A stretch of 62,981 bases of DNA, filler included, from Rhizaria sp. SCN 62-66 (taxonomy: Eukaryota), in NCBI GenBank assembly GCA_001724265.1. It is 2 parts of 2 records of this genome, joined end to end, with 100 filler letters (N's around TTAATTAATTAA, not from the genome) between each part and the next. Parts side by side here need not be neighbours in the genome. Positions count along the whole stretch, not along the records: positions 1 to 31,442 come from MEDY01000357.1; 1 more part is not named here. The stretch is one strand, 5' to 3'. The stretch's first letter is position 1. Every line of letters begins with the position of its first letter. Shown in pieces: positions 1 through 12,228 of this stretch. The notes beneath the pieces were generated by a model that did not search any database, was not told the origin of the DNA, and saw nothing but the letters and a program-made list of their open reading frames with translations. The position numbers were made by a program, and so were the translations under genes.

Positions 1-944
1 ATTAAAATGTTGTGCACGAACTCAAACACAATTTTACGACATACCTATCAAGATTTCGTCAATAACAGCAAACGGCCCAATTCGCGACCCCCGTGTGACT
101 AGGGGCTGGGTGGCTCTGCTTAGAAATTTAAGCGTTTCTTTATTTGCCTCGACGATTCTGCTACTGATTTCCGCAATACTTCGTAAAAAAATGCGCGCAC
201 CAGATCACATGTATTTGATAGTCCTTGGATTCACGAGTTTGCCATAATTTGTTAGTGTATTGGTTGCATATTTCATTACATTATTTACGAATGTGAGTGT
301 CAGTCAAAAAGTTCCGAAAAAATATTCATTTCGCCTTGGGTCAGAGACCAAGTGGTTGCGCACTTCTACTGATTAAGCAAGCCCAACAAATGCATTGCGC
401 CAAAAAAACAACACAAATCCTGCCATTTAAGTCTCTTAACACGTCCTTCAAGGTCCAGCTGCAGATTGATATGATGATTTCAGCTCCGCGGATTCGTTCT
501 TGCATGCCAACAGATCTTCAGGTTTGCAGTGCATACATTCTACGTCGTATTCACATGCAGATTTGAAGAAGATAGATGTACTATGTACTATCTAAGATGC
601 TCACGTGTTATTGTGCAAGAACGTTATGCAGACGTGTCCAAGGCGCTTTTTGACCGAAGTAAGTGAAGAAGAATGCGCGCAGAGAGCGCATGCTTGAGTA
701 TCATTATGGAAACTGCTTAAGCCAGCGCATGAAATTTCGAGCCTAATGTCGTGTTTGCGTGTCGTATGTATAGTCGTAGCCAAGACAATTTCGTATGCCA
801 TTTGTGTTGAAATAGAAATTCCCTTTGTCAAAAGACGACACAGTAAAAACAACACATATTATTAATCCTTTAGCTGCGTTACTGCTCGCACGAAATCCAT
901 TTACTAGTACCGAGTGGTGCAACTGTTGGGTACGCGTAATAATC

Positions 945-3900
945 TTAGAGATTGTGATAATGACTGCTTGTACTGCTGCTGCGGGTCATGCTGGTGCTGT
1001 ATCCAGTGCCACCGTACTTCTCGTCACTGTCGCGACTGGCGCTTGCAGTTACTGACTTATCGAGCGCCCGTGGCAGCGCAAGCTGCGACGCACTGTGATT
1101 GGCATTCGAGTGACTGATGTCACCGCTGACAGCTTGGGAGCGAACGTCGTCGACGCTGGCGCCACCGGCTCCAACACCACTACTGCTGCTGGCGCTTGTT
1201 GTCAGTGACAGCAGGCCGTGGCCGTTGTTGTTGTTGTTATGATTGCTGTCTCCCGTGCTGGCGCTTGTACCTGTGCTTGCGCTCACATGCGAGTTGGGGA
1301 AGTTGTTGCTTGCAAGCCGAGAGCGCTTAATTTGAGGTCCACGGCCAACAGAAGTGTCAAGGTCAGACTCTTCAGTGACAGCCTTGTTGTTGCCAGTGAT
1401 GACGTTGTCTTTTGCATCAACATCTTCGTCATCTTTCTCGTCATCGCTTTCATAGCCGCTATCACTCTCGCTCACACTGGCGCTGCCGTTGTCACTGTCA
1501 CTACTCCTGCTCTTGCTCCGACTCTTGTTCCGTGTCTTTCCCGAGCCCGAGGCAGAACTAATGCCGCTACCTACAATTGTTGCAGTACTAGTGTTGTTGT
1601 TGCGACCAGAGTTCGGCGCAAAAGCATGCTCTGGCGTGGTTGCGTTTGTTGCCGCAGGAGTCAATGCGTTGCTATCGTGATGCAGATTTGCAGCGGCAGC
1701 CTTAGCAGCAGCGGCTTGGCGATGCTGTTGCTGCTGCTTTTGGCGCGCAAGGATAAGTGCTTGTGAATGCTGCTGCGCCTGGGCCTGTTGCTGCAGCTGC
1801 ATTTGCAGCTGATGTTGATGCTGTTGTTGTTGTTGCTGCTGTTGCTGTTGCTGCAGCACTATCTGCTGCTGCCTTGCACTGACGCGCGTTCCTGCCGCCC
1901 CGCTTGCAGGCCCCCTCGCGCTGTCGCCCGCGGTGGCACTAAGGTACTCAGCCGCAGAGATCACGCTGCCAGCATTTTTTGCGAACCCGCCGGCGCTGAC
2001 GCCGGACAGTACTCGCTCAATCTCTAAGACGCGCCCCGCCAGAGCAATATTGTGCGTCCGCTATTGCTGGAACAAACGCTCCCACTCTCGCGCCGCAGCC
2101 AGATGCTGTTGTGCTTGCACGCGGGCCTGCTCAGTTAGTCGTGTTTGGTCGCTCACGCGGCGGCGCCACGCGGCGTCGAGCTGGCGCTGCGAGGATTCGA
2201 GCTTGCGCGCAAGCTCGTGCCACAGCATCATCACTGTGGCCTCGGCGCTAGTCGCAACAGTGGCCAGTAGCGCTGGATTTGCGGCTGTCGTAGCGCCAGC
2301 AGTGTTCGCAAGTGTGCTTGGACTCCCGGTGCGGTCAGTGTTTTTGCCGTTGTTGTAGTGGTTCGGGTAGATGGTTGTGTAAGTAGCGGTGTAAGGGCCT
2401 GTAGGCGCAACGCTTGCGTTGGTTTGGTTAGGACTTGTACCAAGGCCAGTGCTCACGCTCGGATTGACACTAGCGTTAGCGCCACTCCGACTGCCGCCCA
2501 TAACATCGGTGCAGTTCAAACCAGCGCTGTCAGTTGCGCTAACTTTTCGACGTGGTGGTGTGCTTAACAAAGCACTGCTGCTCACAATGTTACCCTGACC
2601 GCTTGCACCTGAGCTGGCGGCAATCCGAGATGCCGACTGCAAGGCACTGCTTGTTGCCATCCGGTGTTTCCTGTCACTTTCACTATCACTGCTTTGCGGA
2701 GCCGTGCTGGGGGCTGCAGTGCTCTTAACCGTCGGCGAAAGCGCATGCGCAGTCAGACCGCTGTACTTTGTGAGAAGTTTCTGCAACGCCGGCGACATTG
2801 GTGGCGACCCGGTTCCATCTCGACCTGCAGCGGGGTCTGCGTCCGTCATCTCAGCTTTGCCCTCGCCAGTGTTGCTGTACGGCGTGTAGCTAAGTGCGAA
2901 GATACGGTGACCGCTAAGTGTGGGTGTGTCCAGACTAAAATTATCCAGACTTCTGCCATTGCGGCCTGGCTGCTGTTGTTGTGGTTGTTGCTGAAGCTGT
3001 TGTAGGGCGCTCAGGTCTAGTCCCGCAGCGGCAGCCAAGTACGGTGAGTGAGAAGCAGAGGCAGTGGCTTGACTTAGGTTCGAGGAGCCCGGTGTGGCGC
3101 CCTGGGTCTGAGACTGAGGCTGTGAAGGCGACTTTGACTGATGCGATGAGCCAGTTGCAGCTTGCATTTGCTGCTGCTGTGGTGACTGCTGCTGCTGCTG
3201 CGGCTGTTGCGGCTGTAGCGCAACTGTGACTGCTGAGGGCCACACAGAGGAGGCAGGCGATGGCCACCCGCCTTTCTTGCCGGTACCAGCGCCAGCAGCA
3301 TCTGTGCCACTTACAGCTGCGCTCGCGGCCGGCATAAACCCGCGGCGGCCGCGCTTCTTGCGGCGACCGCCCCGTGGCCTCCCAACAGTTGCGGCGACCG
3401 ATGGCACAAGAGTCCGCTGCTGCTGCATTTGCTGAGACTGCCCAGAATTCTCTGTGTCGACATTTTCGTTCACGTTTTCATTATCACTGCCGCTCGTGTT
3501 GCCCTCTTCCTCGCCATCGTCGTCGCCAACGCTCACTTCAATTCCGGCTGAAGGCGCGCCAGTGCCAGTGCTTGCGCCAGGACCCGGGACGACAGCCGTC
3601 GTGACCGTGGGCAGAATCGCGGTCGCTAGGCTGTCGTTGTCAACATCGACTACGCCGCCAGCGCCGTTGTGGCAGTCGCACCGCAGCTCAGCGCCCTGCG
3701 CCTTGCGGCCGGCGACGCAAGAGAGCTCCGTCGGTGTAAAGTAGTACACGTCGAGCAGTCGCGGGCAGAGTCCCATGCGCGAGAGGAAGCTTCCTCCGTC
3801 CTGGCAGATAAAGATCTGACTCACGTGCTCGCGGCGGCACGCGACAATGGCGTACTCTACGCCGCGCGAGTCGTACAGCGGCAGCTGACGCAGCCGCGTG

Positions 3901-5770
3901 ACTGGGTGGTAGTGGTCTGACCACTGGCCGTCGGTGTCGACGAGCGGCACGGTGCCAGGCGCGAGGCCGGGCACTGGGTCCGTACCAGTGGGGGCGAGAC
4001 GGCCGGTGGTCTTGATGATTTTGCGGTCAAGCGTGTGCAACACGTCGCGGTCCGCGGTGATCTTGGTAGCAAACTCAAGGATGCAGAGGATTTGGTGGAA
4101 CACTGTAGGAATAGACGGCAACAGCTTTGTGTGCTTTGGCAGCAAAGATAAAATACGCTCTTTTTCTGCATCGCTCTTTATCGGCTTTGATGCTGCAGCT
4201 GTGGAAGTCTCAGTCTTAGCGCTGGCACCAGACTTCGTGCTCTTGGCTGTGCTAAGCAGTTCGGGCAAAAAGTGCTCCCAGTGAAACACTGCGTAATACC
4301 CCTTCGATGGTACGGAATCAAAGTCTAAGGGCGTGATGTCGCTGAAGTCGTACCCAGCGGCCAACAGCGCCGAGCCCCCCGCGCCCGCTCCAGCTGCGCC
4401 ATAACTACTCAGACTGCCCCCGAGCCCGTGCAAACCACTGCTGCTTTCGCCGCCGGCAGCAGCAGCGGCGGCGGCGCCAGCAAGAAGCTTCATGAACTCG
4501 TTCTCTCCTCCGGCAGCACTCAAGTCTGCAGCACTGCGGCCACCAAGGTACGCGTTGTACGAGGTACCTAAGCCGCTGCCTGTGCCGGCACCACCGCCAG
4601 CAACAGTTCCAGCAGTAGCGCCTGTCGATTGCAGTAACATCTGCTGCTGCGGAGTTAGAAATACGCCTCCTCCGGACCCGTTGGGAAACCCTGACGCTGT
4701 GGTGAGCGGACCGGCCAACGGCCCGGTCACGCCGCTATGATAGTTCTCACGCGTTGCGTACCGGTGCTGCGGCGCGGGCGGCTTAGCTTTCGCCGCCTCC
4801 TCGGCCGCACTGGCGCTCGAGCCGTAGGGAAACGCATGAGACCGCGACGCGGACCTGTGGTGCTGCATGTGGCTGTGCGCAGACAGGTGGCCATGGGCAG
4901 CGGCGGCGCTGGTAACTGCCGTCGGCGTCGGCGGCGGCGCGGTGAGCATTGCGGCGACTGCGGCGCCCACGCTCGTGTGGCCTTTGCTCAGCGCGCTTTT
5001 GCCGACGCCGGTCACGCCTCCAGTCACGCCAGCACCAGCGCCAGAGCCTGCGCCAACAGCAGAGCTAGGCGCAGTCACGGCAGGCGGTTTCTTCTGACTG
5101 CTGCTGGCCTTGGTTGGTTTTGTCACGGGTGGGTACAACACCGCAGGACTGAGACTGCTGGACTTTGCACGCGCACCAGCGGCAGCCGCAGAGCCAGCGC
5201 TGGCGCCAGAACTACCAACAGCTGGCGCTGCCGCTGCTCCAGGCTGCTTTGCTGCTGTTACGCTGTTACTTAGAAAAGCCGTGTAAGGGTTTACCCCTGT
5301 GTAAGTGGCAGGGTGAGTCGCCGATCGTCCAGTGTAAGAACCCGCAGTTGTTGCAGGGTGAATGCTCCCGGTGGTTGCTCCTGGAGCACCTGCGTGTGTA
5401 GTTGCGCCTTGAGTGTAAGTACCGCCGGGACCAGGGTGAGTACCTCCATGGCCGGTGTAAGTGCCTGGGTGGTAAGTGCCGGGCATTGAGGCTGAGATTG
5501 GAACATTCGTTATATGCTGTAGGAGAGCAGGCGGCAGCACTGTCCCTGGTGCAGATGTCAGCGCTCCTGTGCCTACTGCTTGCGCCGTGCCCGTGGCTCC
5601 AGACTGCGAGTATGCGGCGTACGAGGGATCAGTTTGCGCACTTCCAGTGTGTGATTGTGTGTATGCGCCTTGCTGAGCGTGTTGTTGTTGCAGCTGCTGA
5701 TAATAAGCATGCAGCATTGCTGCGGTATACGCAGGCTGCTGTTGCTGTTGTTGCTGGTGTTGCTGTTGCG

Positions 5771-5803
<33 letters not shown>

Positions 5804-6596
5804 GTTGCTGCTGTTGTTGCTGTTGTTGTTGCTGTTGCATCTGCTGTTGTAACTGCTGCTGCTGCTGCTGATGATGCAGCTGCTGCTGATGATGCAGCTG
5901 CTGCTGATAATAGTAGTTATACTCCGCGCTAGCATTTGCGTGCGCTGTATCGGCCCCAGTGCTGGCAGCCGCTGTCGCAGGAGCAGAGGCGCCAGTGTGG
6001 GTTCCTGTCGCAGCGCCGCCGCCACTTCCACTGTACGCTGCTGACGACGAGGCGGCGGCTGGCAGGCCCAACGCAGGCATAGCCGCTGCCGGCTGGCCGT
6101 GGGCGCCACCGCTGGAGTGACCGTGTCCGGCGGAGTGACTGTGGACGGCGTTCGCGCCATAATGACCATGAGCACCGCCGCCGTGCGCCGCGCCGTGGCC
6201 GCCGAGCGCACTCGTGGCCGTGAGCGCGGGCGTCGTGAGCGCAGAGGGCGGGGCCGACGGGGCTGCGGAGGCTGGCGCCGAGGGCACTTGCCCGCTAGTC
6301 CCGATTCCAGTCGCAGTTTCCCCTGTCGCTAAAGAGTGCGGGTGGGGCAGGGGCAGCGGCAGAGGCCAGTGCAGAGGCTGCGGCAGACTCTGCGTTGCAC
6401 TCATGCTCGCGCTGTGGGGGTTCGGGTTTGCGTTTACGTTGCTGAGGCTTGTAGTGACGGCTTCAGGACTTGTGTTGCTGCTGGTTGCAGCGCTAGACGG
6501 AGGAGGCAGGGTTTTGGCGTTGCTGCCAGCACCAGAGCCTGCCGCGTTCGTCGGACTCGTGCTCGCGACGTTAGCGACGTTGTTACTTTGTGACAT
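945..6596 (-). CDS. Gln/Ala/Ser-rich low-complexity protein (~1883 aa) with a central globular region and a leucine-zipper-like coiled coil; in-frame TAG at 2061-2063
   Basis: ORFs 2061..6596 and 945..1964 are in the same frame (offset 1116 nt) and are separated only by a TAG; the sequence between them is open (RTHNIALAGRVLEIERVLSG...). ATG at 6596, TAA at 945-947. PolyQ tracts, basic NLS-like RRKKRGRR and an ordered segment ~3670-4310. A regulatory role is inference only. Confidence 0.8.
1765..1870 (-). repeat. CAG/CAA polyglutamine tract
   Basis: Runs of (tgc/tgt) on the + strand encode QQQQQQQQQQHQHQLQMQLQQQ, downstream of the in-frame TAG. Confidence 0.85.
5735..5905 (-). repeat. CAG/CAA polyglutamine tract (~55 codons)
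   Basis: (tgt/tgc)n on the + strand; QQQLHHQQQLHHQQQQQQ... in the protein. Confidence 0.9.
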
Positions 6597-7713
6597 GTGA
6601 TATCAACACAAAGCCACACGGCAAGGTAGTGAAAAGACACGTTTTAACGATATCTTGTTTTAGCTAAGGGCTACGCAAAGGAGAAAAAAGGCAAAGAGGG
6701 ACGAGGAAAGAGGGACTGCGTTGTGAGATTCAGCTAGTGTGATATGGGAGGCAAACGCCGTAATAGAACCATGTCATCAACTCAATAGCAGCAAGACAGA
6801 GTTGCGCGTAGCCAGGCCACTTAAAGAGTTGATAGTAACGCTATGATATGACAGTCGAGAGCTGGAAACCGCAAAGGTGCTCGAGGGCGGAGTGCAGTTG
6901 CAAGCAAGGATTTCACAGCGACTGTTCTCACTCAAACATCGCACCTGATACACTTTCACTGATTGTTCGGATAAGATATCGTGCCAAAGCATTGTTTCAA
7001 AAAGATATGCTCCTAGAGCAGTTCGATCTTTGCAGCGATCAAGTCCGTTGCAAGTTGTTCCAGTGGGACAGAGACTGGCAGGTGACAACGACTTGAGGCA
7101 ACAAAGGGAACTCTCATCCCTCTTTCCATCCACGGTAATTTTAGTCACAGATCTCAAGTGTTATCCGACAAAACACTATTAATAAATTACATTGGTTAGA
7201 GTTCTATATGCCACACAAGTTCTTTAACTGCAACATTGAGTCTTCAAGTCACACACAATGGTTTCATTTCGGAGTGAGCAATTCTACCACAAACGCACTC
7301 GCTCCGACAGCTGCAGTCTCGTCGACGAGAGGGGCTCTGGAGTGATATCTAAGACCACCAGCAGAGGACCACAGTCGCCGTCAAATACAATACCCGCAGC
7401 TTATTTATGAGGAAACGTGTCGTTATAGTCACTTTTTAATTGAAGTTTCACTTGCTCCTTCAATAATGCTTTGACGCGCGATTTCTCGCAGCATCTCACC
7501 ACCCGACATCTCGTCATGCCCCCTCCCTCATTCTGCCACCCAGCACCCCACTAGGACCTTATTTGCTCTGCCTGTTACCTTCTCCGGCTACCAACAACGC
7601 GCCGCCCCTTTAGCGCTAAGTGTAGCGCGTGTACGAGCGACTGTTCGACCCCTGTGAACCCAGAGCTAGCAGCTCACAACGCGTGCCACGCGTTTTAACT
7701 CGACTCCGTTATC

Positions 7714-10035
7714 ATGTTTCCTTACATGTCCAACGCGTTCCCCTCGCATCCTGCCAGGACGGCCCCCTTTTCCTTTGCCACCGCGCTTGCCGCGAGTCTT
7801 TCTAACGCGTCTCTCCCTTTCAACGCCACCGACGGCTCGGCCGAGCTGACTCTGGTCGACGCCCTCATGGCCTCTCTCTCCGACGCCGACGCCGTCCCTT
7901 CGCTCGGCATCCGCATCCTGAGCCTGGACCGACACATCTGGGCCTGGATCATTGGCGGCACGTTCGCCTTTATGGCGTGCGTCATTAGCACGATCGAGAT
8001 GATCATGCACTGCCGCTACAGCAACGACGCGAAGCTCCGCAAGCACACCCTCCGCATCCTGCTCATGGTGCCGCTCTACGCCATCAACGCTTTCTTCGGA
8101 CTCTACATGAAGGACTCGGTCGAGCTCTGGGACCTTGCGCGCGAGGCCTACGAGGCCGTGGTGATTTATTCCTTCTACCAGTTCTTGGTTGAGTACCTCG
8201 GCGGCGCGAAGCGGCTCGTCTACCTCGCCACCGCAAAGGACCCCGAGCTCGACTGGTACCGGGAGCGCTACCGCCAGCAGCAGCAACGCCTCGGCGCCTC
8301 CGCCTCCTCCGCTGTCGCTGCTACCACGGATGGTATGCAGACTGCGCAGGTTGGCTACGTGCCTCCATCGCTGCCAGACCTCCCCAACCCCGTCCCCGAG
8401 CCTGTTAATACCGCTGCCGCAGCTGTGACGACGACTGCCGCTGGGGGTGTGACCGTGGGCAGCGATGCGCCTGTGACCGTTGGCCGCCGCCGCAAGACCA
8501 CTGTCGCGAGCAGCAGCAATGCCAACGCAGCCGCTAGTGGCAGCATTATTGCGCCGCTGGTGGTCGAGGCTGCTGCCGCGGCTGCTGACAGTAGCGCAGG
8601 CGCCAGCAACGACTCCAACAACAACAACAGCAGCAGCAGCAGCGCTGAGGCTGTTAGCATTCGCGGCGGCCGCAAGCGTGGCACCACTCTCAACAACAAC
8701 GGCGACAACGCTGCTGCCGCGACGAAGGACCTCGCCGATGCGAGCGGCGTGAGCATCAGTGGCGGCGGCCGCCACGCCAGCAAAGTCGAGTTTAAGAAGA
8801 CCTTGCTGCCGGCCTCCGAGGCGACTCTGATCGGCAACCCTTTCGTTCAGTCCAATGGCAGCGTCAACAGCAACAACAGGAGCGACAACGCGGGCACTGA
8901 TGGCGACGCGTTCTCCCCATTTGTCGCCGACGGCAACAGCGGCGACGGCACCAACATCGACAGCCTGCAGCTCAGTACCAGCGCACCCGGCAACAGCGGC
9001 CGCTACACGTTCACCGTGAGCAGCAGCCTCAGCAGCAAGGCCAACGCGGGTCCCGCACCCATTGAGATTACGCCGCTGCCCTCTTACGGCATGTTCTCGC
9101 CCTCCGCGCCCGGCGCCGCCATCCACAGCGACGACGCGGCTGCGCTGAGCCCTCCCGGCACTGTGGTGGTGACGGCCAGCAACGGCGTGCTCTTGCCGCC
9201 GCCGCCGCCGGAGACGGAGGCGGACTTGCACCCGAAGCAGCACTACCACATCCTGCCTTTCTCGCTCATCTTCAAGGATCCCGTGTCACCCGAGCGCTTC
9301 GTTGTGTTAACCAAGTTCGGCGCGCTGCAGTATGTGCCCGTGCAGCTGACCCTGTGCTTCATCACCTTCCTGCTGCACCTGGGCGGGGTCGAGGGCGAGT
9401 GGTCCTGGTCGTCGTACTACCCATACTTTATCCTAATTATCAACTTCTCGCAGATCTGGGCCATGTACGGGCTCTTCTGGTTCTACCACGGCTACCACAA
9501 GCAGCTCGAGCCCTGCCGCCCGCTGGCCAAGGCGCTCTGCATCAAGGGCGTTGTCTTCTTCACGTTCTGGCAGTCCGTCATAATCTCCATCTGGTCTTAC
9601 TTCTTCCCTGTTGAGTGCACCGACCACCCCTCTGCGCACACGGACCTGCCGCAGTGCACGGACGACCAGTACTCGACGTCGCAGCGCGCGCTCACGCTGC
9701 AGAACTTCATCATCTGCATCGAGATGTTCATCTTCGCCATTCTGCACATGTACGTCTTCTCATGGAAGGAGTTCAAGGCGCGCCGCGGCAGGGACGAGCG
9801 CACGCTCTTCCGCCGTTTTGTTACGTTCTTCAACCCGCGGGACATGGTTGTGGATATGCGGCGCAACATCAAGCCCGACACCATCCGCTACATCGCCACG
9901 GACGCACCGGTCAACATGACCGCGGAGCCGGCTGCTGGCGCCGAGGCGGAGGCGGGCGCTGAAGGCGGCCGCGACGAGGAAGACGGCACCGGGGCGCTTG
10001 TTCAGAGCACCATCGAGGGCGATAGCGCTGCCTGA
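7714..10035 (+). CDS. TMEM184: TMEM184 / OSTalpha (Solute_trans_a) family multipass membrane protein, 773 aa
   Basis: Family motifs RILLMVPLYAI, REAYEAVVIYSF..FL.EYLGG, GALQY, A.YGL..FY, K.LCIKGVVFFTFWQ, LQNFIICIEM..FAI.H...F. Intronless, ends TGA. Confidence 0.93.
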   Translation: MFPYMSNAFPSHPARTAPFSFATALAASLSNASLPFNATDGSAELTLVDALMASLSDADAVPSLGIRILSLDRHIWAWIIGGTFAFMACVISTIEMIMHCRYSNDAKLRKHTLRILLMVPLYAINAFFGLYMKDSVELWDLAREAYEAVVIYSFYQFLVEYLGGAKRLVYLATAKDPELDWYRERYRQQQQRLGASASSAVAATTDGMQTAQVGYVPPSLPDLPNPVPEPVNTAAAAVTTTAAGGVTVGSDAPVTVGRRRKTTVASSSNANAAASGSIIAPLVVEAAAAAADSSAGASNDSNNNNSSSSSAEAVSIRGGRKRGTTLNNNGDNAAAATKDLADASGVSISGGGRHASKVEFKKTLLPASEATLIGNPFVQSNGSVNSNNRSDNAGTDGDAFSPFVADGNSGDGTNIDSLQLSTSAPGNSGRYTFTVSSSLSSKANAGPAPIEITPLPSYGMFSPSAPGAAIHSDDAAALSPPGTVVVTASNGVLLPPPPPETEADLHPKQHYHILPFSLIFKDPVSPERFVVLTKFGALQYVPVQLTLCFITFLLHLGGVEGEWSWSSYYPYFILIINFSQIWAMYGLFWFYHGYHKQLEPCRPLAKALCIKGVVFFTFWQSVIISIWSYFFPVECTDHPSAHTDLPQCTDDQYSTSQRALTLQNFIICIEMFIFAILHMYVFSWKEFKARRGRDERTLFRRFVTFFNPRDMVVDMRRNIKPDTIRYIATDAPVNMTAEPAAGAEAEAGAEGGRDEEDGTGALVQSTIEGDSAA

Positions 10036-10687
10036 ACTCACCTGAGCACTGTAATTTCGATCTTTGCGCGTGATTGTGGTTACTATGAAGTTTTACTGGC
10101 CAGATAACCTGTAGATAGTTTAAAAGTGATGCATATGTATAAAAAGTGAACATATTTTATTTTAAATTGCAGTTTGTCTTTAGTCGCTACTGATATGATG
10201 ATCATACCGTGCCAAATATGGCTTTATCGACAGTGCCGCTGCAACGGTTATCGCGTGGTTGGAGAGCGACGAGCAAGACTGTGCTCAAGATTTGTGATGA
10301 TCTACCGCGGCAATATAATCCGCAAATTCACAGTGTCATCGGCTTGAACACATATAACGCGTTGTTTTCCACGAGTTTTATTTATCATATTTCCCGAATC
10401 GTGCGTTTAACGCAATTGCGGAGATCCGGAAGAACCACGTCACTCAACGGTTAACCCCTCCCTCCCTATAACGACGAGAAAGACAGCTATCTCGCCCTAA
10501 GCGACATTGGACGTGATATCATTCTCAGGCCACACACGAGACAACTATTTATATGAAGAAACATTGCTCATAGGTTGAGAACCGGCATACATGTTGACTA
10601 AACTCCCAATAATCGCGACCGCTCATGCGATCCATTTCTCTCTTGCTTTGCGTTGCTGTGCATATTTGACGGCTATAGCGCTCCGTC

Positions 10688-12228
10688 ATGTCTACCATCC
10701 GCGAGCCTTCTACCACGGGTCTCACCTCTGAGCAGCTTACCGCTCTGCGCGCATCGATCCAGGCGCTGCCCAAGGTCGAGCTGCACCGCCACCTCGAGGG
10801 CTCTCTGCGTCTCAGCACGCTCAAGTTCTACTACTGCACGCAGACGCTCGGCGTCGACCCCGCCGTCGTCACCGAGGTCTTCGCCGCGCGTGGCACGCTC
10901 GGCCAGCGCGGCACGGCCGTGTTTCTGTCCCCCGCGACCGCGCCGACCGCGGTCGACGGCGTCACCACGGTGCTGGGCGCCGCCCCCGCCTCCGAGGCTG
11001 TGGCCGAGGCCAATAAGGCTCAGCGCGGCGTGCCCGAGGAAGCCGAGCTCACGCGCACGGTCATCGACCGCTGCTGCTGCTACACGCCCGAGCCGGACCT
11101 GGTGTCGTTCCTGGCCAAGTTCGGGAACATCCAGAACGTGTTCCAGACCCCCACAATCCTGGAGCAGCTCGCTTTCGAGGTCGTCGAGGACTGCGCACTC
11201 GTCAACACCAAGATCCTCGAGCTCCGCTACTCGCCCAGCTACGTTGCCGGCGGCCACGGGCTCTCGTTTGAGGCCATTCACGCCGCGTTTCTTGCCGGCG
11301 TGAAGCGCGCGCAGGAGAAGTATGAGATCGCCGTCGGTCTCGTCGGCATCATGGAGCGCCAGATGAGCATCGAGGAAGTTACAAAGGTACGTGCATCTTC
11401 TGTATCTTGTAAACACATGATAGGATTGATAAGTCAAACGTGTTACGCTTTGTTCAGTCCAGTATTGCTAGGATTACATGGCTTTTTTGTGCTCAAATAT
11501 CAGTTTTCTAATCCTATTTTTATTTAGGTTTGTGACTTTGTTATCGCCAACAAGGACACCTTTGTTGGCATTGACCTTGCTAACGACGAGCTCAACAACA
11601 ACGCCGACCGCTTCCAGGGCGTGTTTCAGAAGGCCTACGACGCCGGCATCAAGATCACCGTGCACTCCGGTGAGGTACGTTTCTCTTGCATAACAAACGA
11701 TGTTACTGCATCAACGAGCACGATTGAATTATTTATATGTTTTTTCTCTAGGTTGCATGCACAATTGTGTTATGCTCATTGTGTTTATATCCAATCAATA
11801 CTTGTGACTAATGATACATTTCGTAGGTCCCTGTTGACGAGGCGCCGCAGTGGGTTTGGGAGTCGATCACGAACCTTCACGCGCTGCGCATCGGCCACGG
11901 CTTCCAGATTATCCGCAACCCCGCCACGATGGCCAAGGCCGCGGCCGCTGGCACGGTGTTCGAGGTCTGCCCCAGCAGCAACTACCTGTGCCAGGGCGTG
12001 GACACGGTAGCCAGCCACCCGCTGCGCAAGCTCGTCGAGGGCGGGCTCACGTGCACCATTAACACCGATGACCCGGGCATGTTCGGTGTCGACATGAACA
12101 ACGAGATCGAGATCGCGGTCACTGTGCTGGGGCTGACGATGGAGCAGGTCCAGCAGATGCTGCTCAACGCGCGCAAGGGCAGCTTCGTCAGCGAGGAGGA
12201 GAAGGCCAAGTACTGGCCCTTGAAGTAA
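10688..12228 (+). CDS. ADA: Adenosine deaminase family enzyme, 415 aa; exons 10688-11386, 11528-11674, 11827-12228
   Basis: Motifs LPKVELHRHLEGS, ELRYSP, VGIDLA, TVHSGE, RIGHG, EVCPSSN, INTDDP. Two GTACGT...AG introns join the exons in frame; ends TAA. Confidence 0.93.

Noticed and set aside
1-900. Short ORFs in AT-rich spacers (297..566, 601..855; also 6777..7157, 31143..31490, 61704..62629)
   Set aside because: Non-coding composition, mostly non-ATG starts and no recognisable motifs.
7666-9249. Long antisense ORFs (also 32467..33690, 42754..44103, 60086..61678 and many others)
   Set aside because: These are shadow ORFs produced by high GC and codon bias on the opposite coding strand; they have no motifs.
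11525-11527. ADA ORF 10688..11527 appears to end in TAG
   Set aside because: This TAG is the acceptor of intron 11387-11527. The gene ends in TAA at 12226-12228, so this is not a TAG terminator.
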